DNA of 64,000 bases from Eledone cirrhosa (GCA_964016885.1 OZ024741.1:76074001-76138000), one strand, 5' to 3'; counted from the stretch's first letter, positions 36,830 through 50,890 are shown. Notes: generated by a model from the sequence alone, not told the origin. Translations and numbers: made by a program.

Positions 36830-37082
36830 TATAACAGCCTGCCCATCAAATTAACATACAAGTGGCTGAGCATTCCACAGATATGTGTACCTTTCATGTA
36901 AATCCCAGGGAGATTCGGCATGAAACAATATGTGACAAGGCTGACCCTTGGAATTACAGGTATAACTTATATTTTGCATTTGAATGAACTGGAGCAATAT
37001 GAAATAAAGTGTCTTGCTCAAGGACACATGCTGCCAGGAATCTCATGACCTTATGGTCATGCAGCTTTAACCACTAGGCTAC
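36830..37082 (-). mobile_element. CORE-like SINE remnant (relatives at about 30860-31010, 45630-45750 and 51322-51425)
   Basis: Shared TGTGTCCTTGAGCAAGACACTTTATTTCA..TTGCTCCAGT and AGCCACTTG.A.GTTAATT motifs. Confidence 0.6.
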
Positions 37083-37734
37083 ACATCTTCATACACACAC
37101 ACACATGCATCATCATCATCATTTCACATCTTGTTTTCCTTGCAGGCATGAATTGGATGTGTTGTTAGTCAGTCAATGTTACCACCTGGCTATATTTCTA
37201 TTTCTTCTTCTATCACTCATTCTATCTTCAGATAAAGGAGTAATGTCTGAAACATTAAGACTCTTTTCCTACTATATTAAGCATTAAACTAATATAGATC
37301 ATCATTGTACTGTACTGTTCTTTGTTGTTTTTCCTTGTTGACTTTTCTTGTGTGTGTAAGGCATCCACTTATATCGAACTTATATGGTCCCCAGGCTAAC
37401 ATAGAAAAGCAGGCATAAAGTGATGACTAAATACATCTCTCTCTCTCTCTCTTTTATCTGTTCCAGCCACCCTTTATATATATATATATATATATATTTA
37501 ACTTTAGCATGCCTCAATCTATTATTTTATTTTTATTATCATTTACCTAAAATATACTGCCTCATTAATATATATCTATATACATAATCGTTATTTAAAT
37601 ATTTCTAACAATAAGTACTTCATAAGCTTTACATACCGAATATGTTGACATTGATTATCTTTGTTAAAGTTTACATTTAGGAAAATATTCAACAGTGTAA
37701 ACTTTCCTTTTTGCTGGCTAAATACTTTATTATA

Positions 37735-37891
37735 ATAATTGTTTCTACTTTTGGTACTTTATTTTATCGACCCCGTAAGGATGAAAGGCAAAGTTAACCT
37801 CGGTGGGATTTGAACTCAGTCCGTAAAGGGACGTAACTGTGCTGCAAAGCATGGCGTCCGACCCTCTACCGATACTGCCAATCCACCGCCC
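37735..37891 (-). mobile_element. tRNA-SINE copy with an internal deletion near the tail
   Basis: Reverse complement of the 48634 family sequence. Confidence 0.88.
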
Positions 37892-38106
37892 AATAATATT
37901 AGTAATAAACGAAAGATATATACTTTATATCATTTCTATTTATTTTATATTTTTTCGATGATGTAAAGTTTTATGTATAATATAAAGCAAAACATGTCCT
38001 CTTCAGGCAAAATATCGTTCATCACCAACCATAAGCTTGGTGGTCACCAACATGTCCAGCTCGTTTGTCTCCCAGCATATCATGAAAAAATTATACATCT
38101 CCTATG

Positions 38107-38182
38107 TATTTTGCCTGAAGAGGACATGTTTTGTTTTGTTGTACATAAAACTTTACATCTTCGAAATATATATAGTAAAATA
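38107..38182 (+). ncRNA. Type I hammerhead ribozyme in the right arm of a foldback (arms about 37900-38014 and 38107-38223)
   Basis: TATTTTGC-CTGAAGA-G..long stem II..C-GAAA-TATATA-TA-GTAAAATA. 8-bp stem I, then AATAAA. Confidence 0.7.
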
Positions 38183-38237
38183 AATAGAGATGATATAAAG
38201 TATATATCTTTCATTTATTACTATTATATATATATGT

Positions 38238-38638
38238 ATGACCCCTTAGCCTTTGTGAAGGCAGAATTCTAGGAGAAGGAAAACTCTGATATAACACCTG
38301 CAACCCTGATGGTATCCAATGATGTTGAAGTGTTCTTTTTGGTAAATATCATCTTGGTTAAGAGAGTGGGACTGGCTTTATGCAGTGCCTTTGCTCACTA
38401 TAAAAGCTTCACGGCACAGGCATTGCTTTATATCTGGAGATCTCTCTGCACTTGTCGTCACATGGTACCATGGGCCCAGCACTATGTGTCAATAATTGTC
38501 ACAAGTGTAGTGTTTGTACCAGAGTTTTCAAGTCACTGGCTGGACTAAAAAGTCACACTCGTTCAGCGCATCGGTAGGGGTTCTCCTACATGGATATAAA
38601 GTAGTGGCCATACTCGAAAACGAGTTGGCAGCCACCAT
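38238..38638 (+). mobile_element. 5'-truncated subfamily B RTE-derived element
   Basis: Reverse complement of about 9305-9708. TA/TATG flanks. Confidence 0.85.
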
Positions 38639-39470
38639 ATATATGTATATACATATTTTAGCCTCTAAAATTGGATTTTTTCATGTCTCATGTAAAACTT
38701 TAACAGATCAACAGTTATGAATCAAGATATTATCCTGAACAAAAATGTTATGAAGCAATTAATTTTTCTACACTATTGTGAACTAATGCATGCATCAAAA
38801 CACGTCCTACTAAATACTTCACTGACAAATCTTAAGTATGTCTGCCTCATTGTTATAAATACTGGTTATTGCACTTTATATTTATTGACTTGTATTTACA
38901 TTACCATTACTCCTAACTCCAATGGTGATGTGTATTGAGAAATGTTTCACGTTTGTTTCATCTTACTGGTCACGTTCTGTCATGGGTAGCAATACAACTA
39001 GGCTGAAATTCATTATTATATTATTGCTGCATCAATATATTGTACTATAATTTCTTATATAAACTAGTTCGATATGTATTTACAGGTAGTACATTTCAAT
39101 TATTAGTCGGAATCAATAGAATGAATAAAATGCCTTGACATGCCTCAAAATCAAGTTGGGAACCAACATTAATGTTGTGACAAGAGTTTTAAGACCATTT
39201 GCCTTGCTAATGCAGGGGTTAGCCCTTTCCTTGATATCAAATTATTTAGTTACTTTTTACAACATGCAGGGGTATTGTGTACTTATTGTAAACCAGATAC
39301 ACACAGTCAGAAACTGTGTTTGGATATGTAAAAACGTCAGTTTTATTATTATATCATTTCTGTTTTTATTCATACGGAGTCCATTTAGGCTATTATTTAT
39401 GGATGTGGTATTTTGGAATGTAGTTGGAATTTTGGCTACTCAAAAGAATTGTCTATATAATATTTATATT

Positions 39471-42085
39471 TTTCTTCTTCGCCCTCTTATTCCTGAGAGG
39501 CTCGTTGGGGCAAAGTCCACAAACACTCCTTCCAGTGGGTCCTGTCAGAAGCAATCATCTCCAACTGATCCAATTAGATCAACAAGTGAGGCCAGCCAAG
39601 CTCATAGATGTTATACAACCATCTTGCATGGGGTCTACCCCTGGGTATACTGCCGGTTGGTTTTGCTCATAAAAATCTGTCCAGTGATTCTTTCCTGAGA
39701 CCTTCTAACCACATGCCCATAGTATCAGAGCTGTGATATCTCAATTCGGAAAAGTACCTGGAGTAACTCTTTGATCTCCAAGCTATACACTCTATCAAGT
39801 AACATTACTCCACAGACCCTTCGGGGGAACCCCATTTCGACTACTTGTATTCACGATCGTATTCTTTCGGTCATTACCCAAAATTCATGACCATAGGTAA
39901 GGGTTGGCATGAATACTGAATTGAAGATAGTGTGTTGGGCTTCTAAACCTACCTCCCTTTTTCTGATTACTGACTGCTGAAGCTGGCTCATTATTACACC
40001 AGCTCCTGCAATTCTTGCACTTAATTAAGCCTCCTGCCTTCCATCACTCGTGAACATTGGCTCTGAGATACTTGAACTTCTCCACCTGCTTCATTGGAAC
40101 TCCATTCACATGTAGAGTTCACTGCGTAAGCTTCCTTGAGAGGACGAGTGTCTCAGTTTTTGCAGCACTGATTTTCATTCCAGCCATGCAGCACTTGGCA
40201 TCAAACCTATCAAGTGCAAATAGATTACTTTCTGTTGAGTTAAGTAACACCATGTCGTCTGCAAATTCCAGCCAACTGATATTACACCCACCAATCTCGA
40301 TACCACTTCCAACTTAGCTGCGCATGTCAATCATGTTCATGAAAATAATGAACAGTAGAGGTGACAGTATGCACCCTTAGCAGAGTCCGACTCATTGAAT
40401 GGCTTCGATTTAGCACCATTTATCTGAACACAATTACCCGGGCATTCGTATAGAGACATCAGGGCAGCAAGAATCTGACCATTGATCACATACTCCTACA
40501 CAACCTCACACAGCAGGTCCCGAGGAATGTAGTCATATGCCTTTTCGAGGTCTACAAAACAAGAATATACCTACTGGCAATACTACTACAATTTCTCAAA
40601 GTCCTGCCACTGTGTGAATATCTGGTCAGCTGTTCTGCATCTGGGGCAAAAACCATATATTCACCAGCTAGCTTGGACTTGACAATCTCTCTGCATCTCA
40701 TTGCCAGACACTTAGCATAGATTTTACCAAGGAGGCTTAACAAGGAGATCCCTCTATGATTGGAATAATCCCTGAAAACAGGGATTTTCATTCCGATTGC
40801 CATTGCTTAGGTGCCTTTCCAGAGATCCAGGCCACACGGCACACATAAGTCAGTCAGATAATACATTCTCTATTTAAGGCTTTTAAAATCTTGGGTCGGA
40901 TTTCATCTTCCTCAGCAGCCTTGCCACATTTGTGTTCTTTAACTGCTCTTGTGACCTCAGCCTTCCAGATGCACCTTGTGTTCATCAGAAGTATGCTGTT
41001 GTTGTTATTGGGTTTAGGAGATCAGCAAAGTATTCTCTTATCCTTGCGAGGATACCCCTCTCTGAAAAGAGGAGAAACCCAGATGGAGGAGGACTTCTCA
41101 TTACGAAGTCAGCAGATTGTTTGCCAGAACACTTTATTTGCTGATCCAAAGTCAGATTCTAGCTTAATCCCCAAAGTTCTCATATGTTTTAACTTTGGAT
41201 GCTTTTATTGACTCTGCTGTGATTCTTCATGCCTCTTTCGCCCACAGCATTTAACAGCTGAAGCAGAAACTGCTGAGCTGAACAATTTTTACTCTTTCTC
41301 AATGTCTTCAGTTTGCTCAGAGAGTTCTCTGAATTTGTATGCAACAGTATGTGCATGCCTGGTCCTGACTTCCTTACCCATCAACACTCTCCACTTTATC
41401 CTGTAGGTCACCCTGGCTTTAGGTAGCCTCAAGTTACAGATAACTAGATGGTGATCAGTTGACAGCTCAGTCCCTCTCTTAACACAAACATCCAGCACAG
41501 AACCGAAGAGATCAGAGACAATAACAAAATCAATTATTGATCTCTGTCCCTGATTTCTCTTGTACCATGTATATTTATGGATGTCTGTGCTGGAAGGTGT
41601 TCATAATAGAAAGTTCATTACTAGAACAGAAGTCTAATAAGGTCTCTCCATTTGTATTTAGATAGGGGTTGCCATTCCTTCCAATCACTCCTTTCCATGT
41701 TAGGTGGTCAGTGCCAACAAGTGCATTGAAGTCTCCCATTAAGATATACAACTCAGTCTTAACTACATCTAACACTGCAGTGACTTCATCAAGGAAGGAC
41801 CTGTATTCTGACTCCTTGTCTGGTACATAAACTTGCACCACCCACAGAGACCTATCTTTCAGCCTAAGCTTCAAGAGGCAAATCATCTCTCCTAATGGGA
41901 TTCAGTCCATAACACATTCTGACAGCCAGGTGGGGGTGGGGGCTTGTGAGTATCCCCACTCCCACCTGTGCAGTCATTTCTGGTACCACACCAGAATAGT
42001 GGAGTTTCCATCCTCCATTCAAATTTACAGTATCATAACCATGGAACTTTGTTGAGGAAAACCCAACTATATTAGCAGGTAGCAT
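39471..42085 (-). mobile_element. Decayed, near full-length RTE LINE (Expander/Rex3-like) with APE and RT remnants and a (GAA)n tail
   Basis: APE motifs VQVYVP, LMGDFNA, IMNTF, TDHHLV. RT motifs NHRGISLLSL.GKIY and DLEKAYD. Multiple stops and frameshifts. Confidence 0.88.
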
Positions 42086-42899
42086 TATATTTGACCCCAT
42101 AAATTTAGTCTAAAAAATAGTCTAAAAAATTAGACTAAAATATTAGTCTATAGCTATTTCTGTTGACCGCCAGGTAGCCTATCTGGTTTTACACTGCCTT
42201 CCAAAGCTCTCCATCATCACTATTATGAGCCCTCGTACCTTATTCAACCCAGTATCTTCCAGCATGTTATCTATGTATTAGTATATACAGCATATATATT
42301 ATATGTACACACACACATGTATATATATATATATAATATATATATATAGGGAAAAATGGAACGGGAACAAAACAGAGAGGCAGTGCGAACAAAGGTTTAT
42401 TAGTTTCATGCTCATGAGAGTGGGGGGTGGGGGGGACGTTTCGGGCATAAGCCCATCTTCAAGCGAAAAGTGTGTGGGAAGAGAGTTCCAAGGGTGTGTA
42501 GGGGAGTGGGGGAGAGACATTTAGAAAAGAGGGGGTGAGAGGAAATGGTGGAAGTGGTACAAATGAAAATAAATATGAAAAAAAATATGAAAAAATAATA
42601 ATAAAAATAAAAATAAACATGAAGATAAACAAGTGGTGGAAGGGTGTGGGCGTGTAGGGGTGGTGGCGGGTGGAGTGGGGAGAGAGAGGCGGGGTGCCCG
42701 AGCGGGGAGGGCTGAAGGTGGTTTGTGTGTGTGTGAAAGTTGGGGGAAGAATGGGGTTCCATGTTCTTGGAAAAGGTGTGTGGGGTGGGGTGTAGGTTGG
42801 TGTGTGTGTGCGTGTGTGGATGGGGAGGGGTCAGAGGGGGGAGAGAGGATTCCGGAGGCTGAGTGTGTAAATATGTGGGGGTACGCACGTGTGTGTGGT

Positions 42900-43240
42900 G
42901 TTTATACGTATTGTGGATGTAGGTGGCGTGTGGGAAAAAAAATGTTTGTGAGTGTATGTCCATGGGTAAGTTCCTAAGGTAGTTCCGTAGAGGGTGTTGT
43001 GGGTTGCCGGATATTTTCCTTGTGATGGAGTTGATTCGTGGGAGCGATGTCCAATGTGTGTAATCCGTGGTTGGGTTGGTCGGAAGAGGGAGATGTCAGG
43101 TGCGCGTGCAACAGGAAGTGGTCAGAGGGTCAAGGAAGGAGGAGGGCTGTGTGTCTGTGTGCGGAAACATGGTCAGAGGGTCAGGGCATAGCAGCAGTAG
43201 GGGAGAATGGCAGGTGGAGAAAGTCGGTGTGTGCAGAGGT
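42900..43240 (-). mobile_element. Possible L2/Crack-group LINE C-terminal remnant
   Basis: Minus strand reads AILPYCC..., then RKISGNPQHPLRNYL...TFFFPHATYIHN, resembling KI..DP.HPL...SFFP.A...N. Confidence 0.4.
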
Positions 43241-46200
43241 GTGGTGGACGGAGTAGAGGATGGGTAGGTGTGAAAGGTGGAGTGGGAAGGGGGTGTATTA
43301 GTAGAGGTGTTAGTGGGATATATATATATACACACAAAATTAGTGTGTGTATGTATGTGTGTGTGTGTGTGCATGCGCACACACATGAATAAGTCATGTA
43401 TGTATTTATGTGGTTGTCAGTCAGACATATATGGATAGTGGCACATTTGTTAATCAGTTGACAATTAAATCTGCTGTCACTGTCAGCAACACTACCACCA
43501 ACTATATAAATAACTATATTATAAAGCAGAAACCTGAATTATCACACCAGCTCCTGCTATATACTCATATACAGAAGTGATAATGAAGGAGCAATAAGTG
43601 GAGGGAAGCTGATTTGTTTTGGTATGATGTCAGTTGAGGTGAAATAGTTCTTTCATAATATGTGATGTGAGCCAAGCCTTATGTGATTTAAAATTTGATG
43701 CCAGCATTATTTGGACAATAATTTCCACATTGTAAAAATGATGTAGCACTCATCGTGGTATTTAAAAGAATAAAATTTTAGCTTTTCCAGCGAATCCAAG
43801 ACTTATTATGACATTATTTATTTTTTATTTGTTATTGGTCTCTAGAGTGCTTTGATTCTTATAACACTTCATTTCTTATGGGGATACCATGTCAAGCTGC
43901 AGCAGTTTTCAAGGTGAGGCCAAGCAAATGTAGAGAAGAGAAGGATAATGGCATTTAGATCTCTAGACCATAAAGTTCTAAGGACTCTGGAGCACATCCT
44001 GTGGACAATGTCAACTTTGTTGTTGGTGTGAGAGCTCCAGTTATTACAGTTACACTTAAGTCTCTTATGTTATTTGATGCAACAAGAAGTTCTCCCAAAA
44101 GAACAGTCTTCTTTTCCAAAGTAGATTAGCTAAAAAGTTTTCCTTATCTAGAAGCATACTGCCTTTTACCACCTATTAAATAACAATGTGTAGATATGAT
44201 TGAAGGTATGTCCGGTCCCCTATCTTGCTGTTGACATTCTGAAGTTTATTTATGAAAAAAAGGGGGTGGGGAAGAAACTGATTGTCAGATCAAACCAAGG
44301 AAACTGTATTAGTCTTCTTATTGCTATTATCAAATTGTCACTTTCCAGGGGCAGTAGGTGGGATTTGAACTCGGAACAAATAGAACCAGAATAAATACTG
44401 CAAAGCATTCCAACAATTATGCCAATCAACTGATTGTGAACTTGTACTCTATATATTGACCCGCAAAAAAAAAAAGGTGAAGTTGACGACTGCAGGATTT
44501 GAACTCTGCATAGAAAGCTGAAAAACTACCAGGAAATTTTATCTTATGCTTGAACTACTCTGCCTGTATTCATAAATCTATCAATCTCTCTATTTATCAT
44601 CCCTGGACTCTGTAAGCTGTAGCAAAGGCAACTTGTTTAGGAGAGCAGTAACTGATTAAGAACTGAAACGAAGTAGAGAGCACTCTTAGTCCTGACAGAC
44701 AACATGCTGGTAGCTAAACTAAAATTGACAGTAACATTTGTTTATATACTGCATAAACAATATGTCCTACAATTTAGGAGATTGAGGAAGGTTAGCAAAT
44801 GTTTGGATTGGCTTCTACAAGGACATCCAGCCATAAAAAAAACATCAAATCATCTCATCCAACCCATGCTAGCATGGAAAAGCAGACATAAATATAATGG
44901 TTGCTGATGATGAAATATTTGTGTTACTAAAACTCTGGTTTAAATTTTACTATTCTGTAGTCAGAGATTAAATCTTCTTGTATATCATCTTCCTGCTGAC
45001 AGGTTAGAGTGATATGCAAGTTAAATGATTAGACACATTAAACTGATATATTCAGATATGTGATAAATAAGAACAAAAGAACAAAAACAAAAGAAAACAT
45101 AAGTTAATAACTGATATTGTTTCCAAGGTGACTATTTAGAAGAGCTGTTAGAGTACTAGATAGTATGCCATGCAGTATTTGTTTCAAGCCTCTGCTGTCT
45201 GAATTCAAGTCTAATGATCCTGCAAGTGCGTGGGTGAAACTCCACAATAACAAGGCTCACTGCTTAGCCTTAATAAATGAATATTTAAACTCTACTTTGG
45301 TATTGAGTACTTTTTCTGACTTTTGTCAATAACATAAAGATATATATATATCCTATCATTATATATGACCACTTTCTTTTTCTCACGTATCTTGTAAACT
45401 TCCTAGTCCAAAGGGTCACTCATACCTAAAGAATTACTAATTGATTTTATGAACTATTTTTAATCTTATCTTTTGTGTTTCTGTATATACTTCATTGTAA
45501 TTCATTTATTCTGTGAATATCACTTGGCCTTCTTTGATAATATTGTGTAACTGGGACAATATTGGAGTACTTTGTCTACAGTTGTATGAAAGTAAGTTAA
45601 CAGCATGGGATTTATTGGTTAGGCTGTTGAATTAAGGGTGCACATGCATGTGCATGTCTTTGGAAAGCTCAGCCACTTCCACTTTAATTTCACGAGCAGG
45701 TGTTCTATTGTTCAAACAACTGTTGGAACACTTATGTTGGAACCAACAGAGGTCCAACATAACACATGGAGGTAAGGCAATGTTATAAAAGACAACTTGT
45801 TTCTAATAACACTTATGTCCACTTAATGTTTTAAGTTTTGGTTGGTGGTTGAGGATGACCATAACTTAGACTACACAGCATTTCAACAGCCTACATCATC
45901 ATCATACATCTGTTTTTCTGTAAAATGATGATGATAAAGATGATGTATGCTGTTTAAGTGCTGTGTAATTCATCATGGTCTTCTTTAACCACTGATGAAC
46001 AAGCATGACTATATCGTCATCATCATCATCACTATCTTTGTTTTACATCTGTTTTCCATGCTGGCATGTGTTGGATGGGTTATCATAGTCTGAGATTAGA
46101 TGAATTGGAGAACCATTCCTTGCTTATATGTTCCATATTTTGGCATGGTTTCTACAGCTGGATGCCCTTTCTAATTCCAACCACTTTACAGAGTGCACTG

Positions 46201-47375
46201 GGTGAATTTTATTGCTATGACAGTAATGTAGAGATCTTTAAAGGCCACAGATTTCTGGCAAAATCAAAAACAAAAACGGTCAATTCCCAACTAAACATTC
46301 TTTCAGTTGTGCTGAGGCCTTATGGGTAAATATTTAGGTTTAGTGGTTGTGACCATGTCTTTCTGATACTACTGAAATTGATGTAACTGTTTAACTTGAA
46401 CTCTTGGGTATTGAAAGATATATTTAAGTCTGTAATTTTTTAAGACAATAAAGGGTAGTGAGCACTGTTCATAGTATATGACAGCCTCTTATTGGTGACA
46501 ATAAAATGCAACCAACACACTCAGTAAAGTGTTAGTGCTGATTAACCAATGCCATGTGAGTGGAATTTACTAGATGGAAACTGCAGAAATCTGGCATATA
46601 TATATGTGTGTGTGTCCATGCATGCATTGCATGTGTGTGTGCATATGTACATATGTGTGTGAGTTTGTTTACATTTGTGTCTGCGTTCCTGTCCTGTAAG
46701 TTGATTGTTCAACAAAAAAAGAGATTGATAAAATAAGTACTGGGCATAAATAAGAATTTGGTAATGGCATCAATATGATTGACTGAATCAAGTTGATGCT
46801 ACAACATGGCCACAGACTAATGACTGAAACTAGTAAAAGAATAAAAGTATACATATATATGATTAGCAGTGGCAGTAACAACAAAGAGAGAGAAAGGTAT
46901 TAATGATAGCAATGGTAGTAACAATGTGGAGCTGTACAATTAAAAGATCTGTATGTAATGGTTTCTGTACGCACAGTAGGAGGAGGCGAAAAATCACATG
47001 GTTGTCTCAACGAACAAAAACACCTTTTGTTAGCAGCAATAACACAAAGTACATGAGAGAGAGGAGAGCATACAGGCAGGTAGTTAAGAGGGAAAAGGTA
47101 AAGAAGAGAAAGGACAGGGAGGAGGAAGGGTGAGTTTAACCCTAGCATATGTTTTCCTGAGTGTTTAATTATATATTTGTTAAACTGTAGAGGTGAAAAA
47201 TCTTGATTGCTCTGAATTGTTTGTTTCACACCAGAAAGCCATTAAACTCTTGACTATATATGTAAGACTTACCTACATACCAAACACCATACTTAGACAC
47301 TTGACTATATTATATGTAATTTACCTACCAAACATCACAATTATACATTTGGTTATATTATATGTAAGACCTACC

Positions 47376-48525
47376 TTCTTCTTCTTTGCCCACTTATACC
47401 TGGGAGGGTCTAAAGGGAGAGTCCTCAAGAATGCCTTCCAGCAGGTCCTGTCAGAAGCAACCATCTCTAGTTGATCCAGCTGGATCCCCAAACAAGACCA
47501 GTTGATGTTATCCAACAATTTTTCTTGGAGTCTACTCCTCGGTCTCCTGCTGGTTGGTTTTGCCTGTAAAATCTTTCCAGCAATTTTTTCTTGAGACTTT
47601 CTAACGACATGTCTGTAATATTGGAGCTGTGATCTCTCAACTCAAAGAAGTAGAAACTCTACCTGGAGTGACTCTCTGATCTCCAAGTTATACACTCTAT
47701 CGAGTAATGTTATTCTAAAGACCCTTTGGAGGAACCCCATTTCAGCCACATGTATTAGCAATCATATTCTTTCTCTCATTACCCAAGATTCACAACCAAA
47801 TATTGACACTGCGGCAGGTCTTTGAGAAATCATGGGAGTATTGCAAAGAGGTGTATACTTATTTTGTAGACTTCAAAAATGAACATGACCATATTCCACA
47901 GCATTTGTTGTGGAAGGTTCTGCAGGAGTATGGGGTCGATGGACAGCTTCTTGTTGCCCTGATGTCTCTATACAAATGCTCTAGTATTTGTGTTCAGATA
48001 AATGGTCCTAAGTCGAAACCATTCAATATGGGTGTCAGATTCCACCAAGAGTGCATACTGTCACCTTTCTTGTTCATTATTGTCATGAACAGGATTGACA
48101 TGTGCAGCTGAGTTGTAAGTGGTATTGAGACGGGTGAGTGTAGGATCAGTTGGCTAGAATTTGTAGACATCATGGTACTACTTAACTCATCAGAAGGTGA
48201 TCTCCAACATGCATTTGATAGGTTTGCTTTGAGTGTTGTACAGCAGGAATGAAACTCAGTGCTGCAAAGGCTGAGACATTCATCCTCTCAAGGAAGCCCT
48301 TGCAATGTGAGTGGAGGTTCACTGAAACAGGTGAAGTTCAAGTATCTCAGAGCTGTGTTCACAAGTGATGGAAGGCAGGAGGCTAAATTAAGCGCACGGA
48401 TTCCAGAAGCTCGTGCAGTCATGTGCCAGCTTCAGCATTCCCTCATCAGAAGGGAGGTAGATGTTTTTACCCCCCAAAAAGCTAAATTGCTATCTTCAGT
48501 TTGGTATTCCTGCCAACCCTTACCA
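47376..48525 (-). mobile_element. Expander-like RTE copy with an inverted 5' segment (3' part 47376-47797 on minus; RT part 47800-48525 on plus)
   Basis: Both pieces align to the 39471-42085 family and are adjacent in element coordinates. Confidence 0.8.
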
Positions 48526-48633
48526 ATGACAGAAAGACCTATCTACCATACACAACAATTAGACATTTGGCTTTCTGTAAGACCTACCTACCTACTATCC
48601 TCCACACTTAAACAATTGGCTATATTATATGTA

Positions 48634-49016
48634 AGGCGGTGGATTGGCAGTATTGGTAGAGGGTCGGACGCCATGCTTTCCAGCATAGTTACGTCCCTTT
48701 ACGATCTGAGTTCAAATCCCGCCGAGGTTGACTTTGCCTTTCATCCTTACGGGGTCGATAAAATAAAGTACCAGTAATGCACTGGGTAATTGCTGGCCTT
48801 GTGCCTAACGTAGAAACAATTATGAAGGGCGGTGGATTGGCACTATCGGTAGAGGGTCGGACGCCATGCTTTCCAGCATAGTTATGTCCCTTTACGATCT
48901 GAGTTCAAATCCCACCGATGTTGACTTTGCCTTTCATCCTTACGGGGTCGATAAAATAAAGTACCAGTAATACACTGGGTAATTGCTGGCCTTGTGCCTA
49001 AAGTAGAAACAATTAT
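48634..49016 (+). mobile_element. Head-to-tail dimer of full tRNA-SINEs (48634-48822 and 48827-49016)
   Basis: Two near-identical copies of about 190 bp with A/B boxes, core and tail. Confidence 0.92.
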
Positions 49017-49984
49017 ATGTAAGATCTACCTACCATACACCACATACATTAGACGGCTATGTTATATGAAGGCAACAAATTAGTAGAGTTGTTAGACTAT
49101 CAGATAGAATGCTTTGTGGTATTCACTCTGGCTCTCTATGATCTGGGTTCAAATTCTGCTGAAGTAAATTTTGCCTTTCTTTCTTTTGAGGTCAATAAAA
49201 ATAAGTTCCAGTTCAGTATTGGGGTCAATTCTTCCTCTGTATCTCTTTTCTGTTTCCTATCTCTCTCTTCATTTCACTTTCTTTGGGAGAAATCAGCTGT
49301 GGTCAAATCAGGAGAGGGATGGGATCTACCAGATTTTCAAAATGCCCAAAACACACTGTGTCACTATATGGCCCTTACAATTCCATAATGAATTATGGGT
49401 CAATACAAACATACTATATGTAAGTCTGACATACCGAATACCAGTGTGCTCAAACAATGGGTAGTACAAGAGTTATCTAAAAAGAGTCTTTCAAATGGAA
49501 AAAAAATGTCCTTCTTTGCAGGGCCATATTAACAGCTATATAAGCCCTCAAGCAAAGCAATGCATTAAAGCTCTTACATACAAAACCACAACATACTTAG
49601 ATGAGTATTGTGCCCCTTGACTTGGTGGGCCTCTGAGCAACTGTTCAGTGTGCCTATGCCTTACAACAGCACTACTACTACTGTCAAGGCTGTTGTAGAA
49701 TACATTATAAGCCTCTAGGGCAAAGCAAAGCACTGGGGCCTCTACACACACAATCACAACATAGAAATATTAGCTGGGGGCTCCTAGATCCAGTGCTCCT
49801 TCCCCAGACAACTGGTTAGTGAACTCATGCCTTAAGATGGCACTGTGTTTTTGCAACAATTAAATTATCTTTAACAAGAACTGAAGAATTGGTTAATTTC
49901 ATTACATTGAGAAGGAGACATCAAATCTTTTGAGGGGTTGTGGTGGGGCATATTTAGATAATTTCTCTATTTCATTTAAAGATA

Positions 49985-50380
49985 CATGTATGGGAGCGAT
50001 ACATGCATGATGAACATGGAGCAACAGAGAAAGCTGGAAAGAAAGGAAATGAGAATGATCTGGTGGATGAGTAGAGTATCATTCAGAGAGAGAAAAACAG
50101 TGAATTGCAGAGGGTGGTGGGAATAGAACCAGTGATAAATGTTGTGAAGAGAAATCAAATGACATGGATGGGTCACATGTTAAGGAAGGATGAAAGTGAT
50201 TGGGTGAAAGGAGTAATGGAAATGAATGTGGAAGGAAGTAGTGTAAGGATAGAACTAAGAAAAACATGGCTAAAGATGGAGGAGGAAAGCCAGGTGAGAG
50301 GGTGATGTAGATAAGGCAAAATGAAGTAGCTTGTCATGGTGCTTTGCAAGGTTAACTACTGCTTTAGCAAGGAAACTTTA
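49985..50380 (+). mobile_element. Old RTE 3' remnant
   Basis: YGSDT..KLERKEMRMIWWM and WMGHMLRKDESDWVK..RKTW. Confidence 0.65.
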
Positions 50381-50599
50381 AACACCAACAAACCACCTCA
50401 AATTTAAAATGTGAACTAAAATCTCATTATGACATGACAGATATCAGATTTCAGTAGTTAAATATTTCACTTTTGTTATTAAGTTGAAAAATAGTTATTT
50501 CGTTAAACCTCTCATAATTGTTGATTATTTTGATAAAACACAAAGGTAGTATATTCTTGTTAAAAATATGGTCATAAAATGGTTAAAATACCTGTTGTT

Positions 50600-50890
50600 G
50601 TATTTGGAGATAAATTATCATCTGTTGGGACTGATGCATTGATCAAGAGAAACATCCTTGGTTTCCTTGATGAGAATCCCAATGTATGGCCACTGTGTCA
50701 TTCTCTGGTGTATGCCTATACCACTTCTTTTCTATCAGTATTTCATAATACTGCATAACTTCCAGTGTATGAAAGCCCAACTTTCTCATGTCTGTGGATA
50801 TATACTTTCCAGGCTCAGACTGGCCATCAAGAAACAATGTGGTTAATTGTTTCTTCCCTATCTCCAAATATTCTGTAGAACTTAACATAT
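50600..50890 (-). mobile_element. Old R4/Dong-like fragment (zinc knuckle to RLE region)
   Basis: RIFGDREETINHIVS (decayed CCHC) and KWYRHTPEND.VAIHWD. Confidence 0.6.

Noticed and set aside
42433-42465. Hammerhead-like TTGAAGA-TGGGCTTATGCCC-GAAACGTC (minus strand), and similar at 51104-51140 and 37224-37262
   Set aside because: Core substitutions and/or no stem I. Treated as decayed relics rather than ribozymes.
42412-43397. GC-richer ORFs (Pro/His/Thr- or Gly/Val-rich)
   Set aside because: Low-complexity G/T-rich sequence, at most a decayed LINE tail.
48634-48730. tRNA genes at SINE heads and at 20336/21829
   Set aside because: A/B boxes are present but I could not form a complete cloverleaf. 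They are embedded in repeat bodies.
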